NCBI RefSeq assembly: GCF_000195855.1 | Contig: NC_002677.1 | Location: 2,400,001 to 2,432,000 of the forward strand | Length of the DNA stretch: 32,000 nucleotides | Direction: 5' to 3' | Source of the DNA: Mycobacterium leprae TN | Lineage (GTDB): Bacteria > Actinomycetota > Actinomycetes > Mycobacteriales > Mycobacteriaceae | In this document: one piece after another, positions 24,150 through 32,000 of the stretch | Numbering within the stretch: position 1 is the stretch's first letter | Layout of the letters: the number at the start of each line of letters is the position of its first letter | Made by a program: the position numbers and the translations under genes | Notes under the pieces: generated by a model | What the model was told of the DNA's origin: nothing | Database searches by the model: none | What the model saw: only the letters and a program-made list of their open reading frames with translations

Positions 24150-25560
24150 TTATTGGCCACTATGCGAGACGACTCCTAGGTCGCCGTCCGAGATGTCCTA
24201 CTCGAGCTTTGACAGGCACTTTGGCGTCGCGACTAGGAGGCAGTAAAACGTTCTTACCGGCCGACTGTATCTATGCCGACCTTCCGGTTGGTCCAACTTT
24301 GGCAGCTCGGGGCCTAACGATATCGTGAAGCGGCTCCAGTTCGGAACTCGAATCTGCTTAGCTGAGAATACCAAAATCACGACAGCCCGCTGGTGTGCAA
24401 CGGCGCCGACGCCATGTCTCGGTTCACCTGGTAGCCGAAAACAGCAGTGCGCAGGTCGCACTGTGGAAGGACTATTTGGGACACGGCCAGCATGGCCGCT
24501 CAAAGCACCGTGGACCTACTTAGCGGAGCTCGCCGCAGCCGACACGTCTTGGGTGCTCAACGTGACAGGTCTGAATCTAAGTCGGCTGTCATTTAAAAAC
24601 CAAAGCAGCGGAAACGCCAGCGACGATTCACTCAACTAGTAGAAGCTAGCATTCTCGAATTGAAGATGTTACGCACGGGATACTTTAAGAAAGTAAAGCA
24701 CAAAGTCTACAAAAGAGGCAACTCATGACCAATCAGACCGACCATGGCTTTCGAGGCTCTCACTATAGAGAGTCCGAGCGGGAAATAGTTCCGTTGGGAT
24801 ATCGGTAGTTCGCAGCCGGTAGTGCAACAGCTGGTGGCCTTCGGCGGTCAAGCAGGCTAGGCATAAAGCTGACAGAGTCAGGGTCAATTTTCAGATAGGC
24901 TTACACTACAAAACTAGACAACAGGCTTGAGAGTTAATTTGACGCGTTGGCCGAGAATGTATTCTACCACGTGTTCCTCGACGAGGAAGAGACCCATTAC
25001 GTGCATGCCCTGCACCTTGCCGCTCGGCCAGCGGCGCGCCTATATAATATCCAAATTCGGATGGCACAATGTTAACGACGTACAGTGGGAAGGGTTGCCA
25101 TCCAACAGCTTCGAACGGAGGTTCACCGCTGGAGAGCGGCTTCTGAACTACCTGGAGACCTCGACCTAGTGTGGCTCGTTTCGGTACTGACGCCCTGGCA
25201 CATATAGAGAACATGGGTTCCAATCCGGCTTGGAAGAAGCTGCTGCAGGATCAACTAGGCCGTTATTGGGCTCCTGCCGAATGACTTCCAGGTGCACATG
25301 CCGATCTGTGCGGTCCCAGCGACCCTCGTCGATTGACTTAGGCAGCGATGGCCGCGGGCCGTCTACCAGTGCATGCGTACAGCGCATCTCGGTGACGTAC
25401 AAGCCGCCCTCGAGGATCACATCACGCACCTAACTTGGTCGCGCTAACAGCGTTCAAATCTATCAGACACACTAGTTGCGAGCTCTACGCACAGGAGCAC
25501 TCACCATTGCACACTCGGCAACTAGGGGCAGCTTGACCGATCAGGCGCATAGACCGCAGA
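24150..25560 (-). pseudogene. Glutamine-synthetase-like gene relic 1
   Basis: Minus ORFs carry three GS-like blocks. They are DVILEGGLYVTEMRCTHALVDG (beta-grasp region), YVVNIVPSEFGYYIGAPLAERQGAGHARNGSL (compare Y.vK.iA...G..atFm.KP...GsG.H.H.SL), and STVRPAHCCFRLPGEPRHGVGAVAHQ (compare NRsa.vR.p...R.E.R.p....NPY). Stops and frameshifts lie between them. Boundaries are approximate. Confidence 0.45.
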
Positions 25561-25976
25561 TTTGGCGTAGCTGCCCGATCATAACAAAAGCAGGACGCTC
25601 ACGAGCAGTAGGATGGCTTCATCACCGCACCTGGCCTCGATCGTGGTCACGCTGACCGCCTTCTTAGTGAACAGCAAAGTTTTTTCCTCTACTGTAGGAG
25701 ATCGGCAGATCTTCAGCTCGGGTGATTCCACCGGGAGCGCTGTGTCTATATCTCGGCATCTTGCTTAGTCTGGCACATCTAAGTGCGCGAAGAGCATTGC
25801 TGATCAAGGGCTTCTGACTATGTGCCGCTTGCCGTGCTCTAGACTGGACATCCCACGACACGCCAGGACTCCGCTATTTGATGTACCGACTACCCCAAGA
25901 ATGCAGACTATCGTAATAGCCGCAGGTGCAACGTTTGACGAAGTGTTCGCCGCGGTGGCGGCCCACGTGGTGCTAT

Positions 25977-26008
25977 TCTATGGCTATAGGGATCTATGGC
26001 TATAGGGA
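25977..26008. repeat. Perfect tandem duplication, 16 bp x 2 (tctatggctataggga)
   Basis: Read directly: 25977-25992 is identical to 25993-26008. Confidence 0.95.
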
Positions 26009-26070
26009 GCCTTGCGCGTGCAGCCATGGCCGGCGACCTCCAAATCCAGCCGGTCCGAGCAAGCAGCAAT

Positions 26071-26099
26071 GCTGATCCTCATCCTTGATGAGGATCAGC
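26071..26099. other. Perfect 13-bp-stem hairpin with a 3-nt loop (gctgatcctcatc ctt gatgaggatcagc)
   Basis: Read directly: 26071-26083 is the exact reverse complement of 26087-26099. There is no flanking T/A tract, so it is not a canonical intrinsic terminator. Confidence 0.85.
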
Positions 26100-27289
26100 A
26101 GGAACTCCACAAAGCGTGGGAAGCACCAACCTACAATCGATGAGGTTCAACCGAAGTCGGGTTACATGCAGTCGGATGCGGACGCGGTCAAGGACTGCGA
26201 CTGGACAGCTGCGAGTGCGAAGTCGTCCTTGATCGTGTCGACAACAATTGCCGACGGGTTGGCTCCGACGAACCAGTAGCCCGCACACCCGCTACCAGAC
26301 TAAGTAACCAGAACTTCTCGTTTATCCGCTACAACCTTGGCAATCGAGTTATATCGTCGACCGGCCAGTGCAACTTATGCTAGCGGTTTAGCACGGATTT
26401 CCGATATCGGTAGGCTCCGCAAATCAGACTTCTGCTACGGGATAACGACGGTGCCGGAGATGGTGTTTCGTCACGCTTTAGACACTGGTCTCGTATGTCA
26501 GATATAGCATGCCAATCATGCCGCCGTCGGAACCGGCATTATCGTAGTATAGGTGAACCGGATCCGGACGTGTTGTCTTCATCGCTGATTGCCACGCCGC
26601 TACGGTGGGAGTTGTCGTAACAGACGATCCAGATTCAATTGGCCGACAGTCCGCAACACCATCAGATCGGTAGCAAGCTGCGTCGGTTCATCTCTTTTCA
26701 GTCGATCTTTTTGTCAAGGCGGTAGAAGTGGGCGATTGCCATGAGCAACAGCCGGCAACGCCTCAATGGTGTTGGCCCCGCTCCAGTCACCGTCCTAGGC
26801 AAATACACGCAGTAAGTGGTGCATGCCGGTGCGCCACAGCGCTGTACCCAGAAAGTAGAGTTCCGCGGGACCGAACCCGTACGACGGGTACAGGATCCTG
26901 CAAAAAGACGCCATCTCAATCACCCAGGCGATAAATGTTGGTGGCCGAGCCTCTAGGTAATTCATTCTCAACTCACCGTCGAGATAGAAATTGTTAAAAT
27001 CCTTTTCCAGATAGCAAGATTCACATTGATAGAAGTAGCAATACAGAAAAATTATTGAGTTTCCCAGACTGTCGAAGAAAGTCAAGAATATACAGTGGAT
27101 TGCTCTTGTATAAACCACAGTCTCGGTCTTCGAAACCGAAATGGAATTGAAGCAGCTTGCCAAGTCGCAACGCTTGCTGTAGCACAAAACGCAGCAGCCT
27201 CCTATACGCATAGACAAACACTACCGGTATAGCGCACCACGCGGCTTGCGTTCTCAACAGCTTGTGATACTTATGGCTCGGTCAAGTGG

Positions 27290-28620
27290 CCGTCACACCT
27301 GGCCCAGTAGGCCAGGATAGACTTGGAAACTACCGAGGTAGCTCAGCTCCGGATGCAAAATCCCCCTCCCGAACACCGATGCGTAGGCACCGGACATCTA
27401 CGCGGCCTGCTCGGCTACCTACTCAAGACAAATCACCTAGTGCACAGAACCTCCAAACAGTGCGTTCAGATCAAAAGCATCGGCTATACCCTCGCCGATT
27501 CCGGTGTCGATCAGTCAGTCATTCACTCTAGCGGTTGGCAAAACAGCCGAGTCAATTCGACTTCGCTGAACTGGCAGTGTAGATCCAATACAACCTGGAG
27601 ATCAATGTGTTTAACCAGATCTAGGATGGGGCTGCAGGGGGTGCAAACAACGAAACCGATCCATGAATTGGACGTAGAGTCGAACTTTGCAAGCGGTTCG
27701 GTGGGTTCGGTGTTAGTCTCGTTGAAAGCATTTTCGAATCGTCTTTAGTCCCTGCGGGAAATTAGCAGCCTTAGACACACTGATCAATGAACACCACTTC
27801 GCCGACATGTTGCGCTAAGACCAATACATCAAACACCACGACAAGTTCCCAGACCATACAGCCAGAATGATACGCCAGCTGCTCGGGACTCAGGAGCATG
27901 TAGCGCTCCTGCCCTATAAGACGAACGCAACCACCATGTCTATTGCAGGATCGCCGATGCATATCTCGCATTAACTGCGAATTATCAAGTGCAGCAATCA
28001 CTTAATCCCGAAACTCGAGAAGACCGTACTACAACCACCCTGCTGACGGCAGCCGGCCACCGCCTGGATCTACTAGCAGGAATTCGATTTCTCGACCAAT
28101 CACCGCGTCGATTCCTGCTGCAACAAGCAGCAGCCTCAACCCGGCTCAACGTCACGCGGCTGCACGCGGAAATAGTTACGTCGTCCTACTCGAAAAACGC
28201 GGCGGGCGCCCCCAGACAAACCTGTCGCCGATGATGCGTAGTGCGGATAGGTCTATGGCGGTGGCGACACTTCTGTATTCAGTGGGGCGACAAGCTCTGC
28301 AGCAGCGAGCGAGTTAACCTGTCATAGCGGCCATTCTGCAGCACCAACTGGCTGCAGCACCAACTGGCCACTCCATGCTGACGACAGGTAGTGCGGGTCA
28401 CACCACCCTGGCTGGGCAAGGTCAGCTTGCAGGACTGCCTTAATATCCCTTATATCCAGAGTCCGCAGAACCCGCCCCGGGCCGATACACAGCGTGTACG
28501 ATATAGTCATAGTCAGGACAACGAACAACTCGTCGGAGAAGTACTTGTGGCGAACTGGTGGGCGGCCTCGGCGGTCAACCCCTCCCGTCCACTGTAACCG
28601 GACCAGGTAAGCCACTCCAT
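27290..28620 (-). pseudogene. glnA3: Glutamine-synthetase-like gene relic 2 (resembles what I recall of GlnA3/Rv1878)
   Basis: The minus strand gives GLTAEAAHQFATS, AIDLSALRIIGDRFVWGRPPRF, AAGIDAVIGREIEFLLVDPGGGRLPS (the GS G.E.EF.L motif) and LDNSQLMRDM...YMLLSPEQ. Stops and frameshifts separate them. The symbol rests on memory of the M. tuberculosis protein and on position near bfrA. Confidence 0.5.
28336..28368. repeat. Perfect tandem duplication, 16 bp x 2 plus 1 nt (ctgcagcaccaactgg)
   Basis: Read directly: 28336-28351 is identical to 28352-28367. It lies inside GS-like relic 2. Confidence 0.95.
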
Positions 28621-29322
28621 CACGCGGCCGTACAACTCTTCATCATCAACCCCTTCGGCAGCACTTTCTGCATCGTGCAGTGTTTACGCAAACGACGCAT
28701 TCGTCGTCGTGGGCGATCACCGCTCGTGCCAGTTCGCGTGCGTGTCAACAGCCAGTGCTTGGTGTAGACTGCCTCTAGACTGAACCCGGGCAACGCGGCC
28801 AAGATCGGGCAAATGCAGAATCCAACCCGTCAAATCGTCATCCGCAAATGTACCGATTCGGCTCATGGCGTGATATTACCCCGCACATTTCCGCAGAATC
28901 GTTTTGCGACTGCTGCCTGTGAGCACCCGAGAGCCATAGTCAACGAATCATCGTGCCAACCACGTTGGACCATAACCCGATGCACGAAGCGTTGCAGGGC
29001 AGCTTCGACCTCACGGTAGCCCGGCCGACCCTGGTAGCTGATCGAGGCGGACCAGCTTGTCGACAATCCAGGCCAGCAGCAGCGAGCACACGTAGTTCAA
29101 TGGTCACATCCCTAGCTGGGGGAAGCCACAATTAGTCGGCGTCGTACAGCGGCTAGCCAGAGTGGTCCGACAACCACATAACAGCACGACCGTCACCGCA
29201 GCCCGATCAGCGCGCTACCGAACGCAGGATGCACGGTGGGTGAGCCTCGACTAGGTCCGCGGTCCGCTGCTCGCGGGTACGTTATACTTACCAGTGGACT
29301 AGCGAGGTTAGCCTCGGGCTGG

Positions 29323-29802
29323 TTAACTCGGCGGCCGGGAGACGCATTGCGCCGAGTACAACTCCTCCCCTAGCTGCCCCATAAGCGCTAGTTGCGTTTC
29401 CAAGTAGTCGATGTGTTCTTCCTCGTCAGCCACGATTTTCTCCAACAGTACAGCGCTGGTGCTGTCCTGCTTTTCCCGGCACATGATGATTCCGGGCTTG
29501 AGCCGACTCATCACCTCGTATTCGATCGCCAGGTCTGCCTCGAATTGCTCACGCAGCGTCTGACCAACGCGCAACGACCCTATGCGCTGGTAATTCGGCA
29601 AGCCGTCCAGAAGCAAGATGCGATCGGTAATCGCCTCGGCGTGCCGCATTTCGTCGAAGGACTCCACGCGGGTGCGCTCTGCTAACTCGGTAAAGCCCCA
29701 GTTTTCTTGCATCTTTGAATGCAGGAAATACTGGTTGATAGCGGTGAGCTCACTGGTCAGTTGCTCGTTAAGCAAGCGCAAGACATCCGGATCACCTTGC
29801 AT
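29323..29802 (-). CDS. bfrA: Bacterioferritin (heme-containing ferritin; the M. leprae major membrane protein II type)
   Basis: 159 aa from ATG 29800-29802, preceded by aggagtgttc. It reads MQGDPDVLRLLNEQLTSELTAINQYFLHSKMQENWGF...EEEHIDYLETQL, which carries the ferroxidase-centre E/H ligand pattern. The track ORF adds 2 codons (a GTG inside the Shine-Dalgarno). Confidence 0.92.
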   Translation of the reverse strand: MQGDPDVLRLLNEQLTSELTAINQYFLHSKMQENWGFTELAERTRVESFDEMRHAEAITDRILLLDGLPNYQRIGSLRVGQTLREQFEADLAIEYEVMSRLKPGIIMCREKQDSTSAVLLEKIVADEEEHIDYLETQLALMGQLGEELYSAQCVSRPPS

Positions 29803-29889
29803 GAACACTCCTATAACGTGGGTAAGAGATCATGTCGAACCGCTAAAGGTGGACCGAAGCACACCTCGGCTTTAGTTTATCCTCACAAA

Positions 29890-29919
29890 TAACAATACAC
29901 TATGGTAACAATACACTAT
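29890..29919. repeat. Period-16 direct repeat: taacaatacactat, gg, taacaatacactat
   Basis: Read directly: 29890-29903 is identical to 29906-29919. It lies 88-117 bp upstream of the bfrA ATG. On the bfrA strand each copy contains TAGTGT and TATTGT hexamers. Confidence 0.9.
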
Positions 29920-30034
29920 AGCCGGGCCTGGGTCAGATCTAGTACAGCAGGTACGGGTCAGTGTGGGATTTTAGTGCACTGTCGGCGCATCACGTGCAAG
30001 CCACCATATCAATCGCAGGTCACTACGTTAAATT

Positions 30035-30053
30035 TTAGACGAGACTGCACTAA
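30035..30053. promoter_or_regulatory. IdeR iron-box-like site 1 (ttagacgagactgcactaa)
   Basis: 12 of 19 matches to the recalled IdeR consensus TTAGGTTAGGCTAACCTAA, and 15 of 19 identity to site 2. It lies in the bfrA/bfd divergent intergenic region. Confidence 0.45.
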
Positions 30054-30071
30054 AAACCTACTTAGGCCTAC

Positions 30072-30090
30072 TTAGGTTAGACTCCACTAA
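30072..30090. promoter_or_regulatory. IdeR iron-box-like site 2 (ttaggttagactccactaa)
   Basis: 15 of 19 matches to the recalled IdeR consensus TTAGGTTAGGCTAACCTAA. It starts 37 bp after site 1 starts, and lies 106 bp upstream of the bfd-like ATG. Its left half is duplicated by the cctacttagg x 2 repeat at 30057-30076. Confidence 0.6.
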
Positions 30091-30195
30091 TATGCGACCT
30101 GTTTGCCCGACGGCATCGCCTGGGTTTCTAATCAAGCGAGATACGATGAGCGCGCATCTAGTGAGGCATGTCACCTGCGGTCGGGAACTTTGCTG

Positions 30196-30420
30196 ATGTA
30201 CGTCTGTCTGTGTGCCGGTGCCACCAACCAAACTGTGTGCGATGTCGTCGCACGTGGTGCGACGACGTCCAAGGAGATAGCAGCCGCTTGCGGAGCGGGC
30301 AGTGACTGCGGACGCTGCCGACGCACATTGCGGGCGATCATCGCCGCCTCAAACCCGACTGTGAAGCCTGACTTAACCCGACCAGCTAAACAATATGTCA
30401 AATTGCGTGGCGGTCGGTGA
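30196..30420 (+). CDS. bfd: Bacterioferritin-associated ferredoxin (BFD-like [2Fe-2S] domain), 74 aa
   Basis: From ATG 30196 it reads MYVCLCAGATNQTVCDVVARGATTSKEIAAACGAGSDCGRCRRTL.... The Cys pattern is C4-x-C6 ... C38-x2-C41, as in BFD domains. It is divergent from bfrA. The track ORF begins 31 codons earlier with no family similarity. Confidence 0.7.
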   Translation: MYVCLCAGATNQTVCDVVARGATTSKEIAAACGAGSDCGRCRRTLRAIIAASNPTVKPDLTRPAKQYVKLRGGR

Positions 30421-32000
30421 AGTCCACTCAAGCTACGGCGGTGGCCTGAACGCCCATACAGATCAGCGAAGTGAGGACTTCCTCGCACGGGTCGCTGCGG
30501 CGATCTCAGCACAGATCGGTTCGATCCTCGTGGTGCTTGACTGCCATCCAACTTGAAATTGGCCTGGAGGCAAGGATTCGGCATGTCGGCAGGCTTCAGA
30601 CAGCAGAACTTCCGGGTCGCACACCCGCCAGACCAGCCCCATGGGCAACGCTTCGTAGGCGTGAATCCATCTCCCGAGGGCATCAACAGCCAGGCAGCCC
30701 GCCGACCCCGTCACTAGGTCTCTCGCTGTGATGTTTAACCGTTGCCGTGCATCCGCGTTCGCGCGATCAACACCACACAGCACACCGTTCCTTTGGCCAT
30801 CATTCGGTCGTACTCTTGCCAGCTGTCATTGCTGCCGCTCGTAGCGGTAAAAACCTTATTACCTTGAACTTAAATTTTTAGAGTACAAAGCTGTAATTAG
30901 TCGGCATCGGCCAGTCACGGCTGTGTCTCATCCGACCCGCTCCGTGCAGTCATCGACAGTCCCCCACTGCCATTCGCTGGGGAAGGTTATGACCAGCTAC
31001 GACCGGGCCTGCAGATTGGCGATTTTCACTTTCCTCCAGGCGGTAGAACCTATAAAAAGAGGATTCGCCACTGGCGGGGTTTGGCAACAGGACGACATTA
31101 ACTAACGAAGTCTGCACCGTTTCGCCAGAGTGAACCGTGGAGACCACCGCTAGATCGTTTTCTATCGCTGCGAACGCCACAGTATTAGTTAAATGTTGTT
31201 TAGTATCCTCCTAGGAGGTCCTCGCTCATCTGAAACGGTGACTTGAACATGTAGCAGCTAGTTGGAACAACGTCAATATTTTTGTTCACGCCAAATGCAG
31301 TTGTGCTAAGTAATTGCTCAGCTTAGCCCATGTTGCAGATCGTTGTCGTAGGTGTCCTCGAAGAAAGCCTTCAGACCGATGATCGCCTCCGCTAGGAACA
31401 ACTCTTTGACGGTACCCGTGCTTCCCGGCGAGTGTGAAGTGAGAGTACGTACGACCCCAGCCTGGATGTACCCAAATGTCAGCTATATCTCAATGATCAC
31501 CTACGTGTGGCCACGTTGCCAACGACCCAGTCAAGTCCCCCTGTTCTAGGGGAATGAACTGGCATGGCAGAACAATGTTTCCTAAACACGTTGTACGAAT
31601 ACATGATTCAGTAACAATCGGCGTCAGTGGGATCGATTCTGTCATCAAATACACGCCGAGTTGATCGCACTCCTAAGCCAGCCACTTAAGTGCTATCGCC
31701 GTCTGATCAGCAGAGCATTGCTGAGTCCACAGAGTCACCACCAGCAGCAACGTTGTAAACGTCATGAATTTGAGTGGCGAACCGCGCTATTATGTGGACG
31801 TCGATCAAGAACCCGGGAAACCGAACCCAACAGCGCATCGGCGACCGCGCCCCCCTGGGAGCGTACCAACCATCATCGGACTCAGCACGCATAAGCAGGG
31901 CGATTATCTTTTCCTACTAGGGCGAGCTTACCGTCGCTGGCATGGGCATGAGGACGATCTCTGGTTTGCCGGTACCCGAACTGCTATGCGACCAGCCGCA

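Noticed and set aside
28620-29320. HTH-like fragment (SLTMALGCSQAAVAKRF) and a short frame (MSRIGTFADDDLTGWILHLPDLG) between GS-like relic 2 and bfrA
   Set aside because: There is no diagnostic motif, the frames conflict with each other, and this may be the remnant of the MFS gene expected here. I cannot support a call.
30171-30686. 171-aa minus-strand ORF covering the bfd region
   Set aside because: It is antisense to a frame with a clear BFD Cys motif. Its composition is Arg/Pro/Ser-rich and it carries no recognisable domain.
31207-31218. 12-bp palindrome cctcctaggagg in an AT-rich spacer
   Set aside because: It is short and unique in the window, with no adjacent intact gene to regulate.
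30440-32000. Possible PPOX/F420-type relic (RANADARQRLNITARDLV) and other protein-like minus-strand fragments (GSTGTVKELFLAEAIIGLKAFFEDTYDNDLQHGL)
   Set aside because: The fragments look coding, but I cannot assign a family from motifs alone, so the region is left unannotated.

Overview
This 32-kb window reads as a Mycobacterium leprae-type chromosome segment. I recognise the antigen 85B sequence ([14 protein letters not shown]...[15 protein letters not shown]) and the bacterioferritin sequence (MQGDPDVLRLLNEQLTSELTAINQYF...). The gene order matches what I recall of M. tuberculosis furA (Rv1909c) down to bfrA (Rv1876); this synteny is from memory, not from a search.

The main feature is reductive evolution. 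About 12 reading frames look intact:
- a secreted Rv1906c-like protein
- D-amino-acid oxidase
- a PF04020-type membrane protein
- cinA
- a SAM methyltransferase
- a 74-aa DI-repeat protein
- a secreted Cys-containing protein
- fbpB
- rpfC
- an SRPBCC protein
- bfrA
- a small Bfd-like ferredoxin

They sit among about 20 recognisable gene wrecks. These are furA, katG, an amidohydrolase, nanT, lipJ, a macro-domain gene, a UPF0045 gene, dtd, a nitronate monooxygenase, a small membrane protein, two P450s, a Zn-ADH, a YceI-like gene, secreted chorismate mutase, two glutamine-synthetase-like genes and a TnpB transposon relic.

I saw no rRNA, tRNA or CRISPR array, and I cannot support any new multi-gene system. 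The points most worth a second look are:
- the frameshifted TnpB (IS605/IS607 OrfB) relic with a palindrome cluster
- the intact divergent bfrA-bfd pair with two tandem IdeR-like iron boxes and local duplications
- a recurring class of perfect 16-20-bp tandem duplications
- a small conserved DI-heptad protein kept between dead neighbours
- an unexplained roughly 37% GC island

Pseudogene boundaries are approximate (tens of bp). About 25.6-27.3 kb, 28.6-29.3 kb and 30.4-32.0 kb remain largely unassigned.
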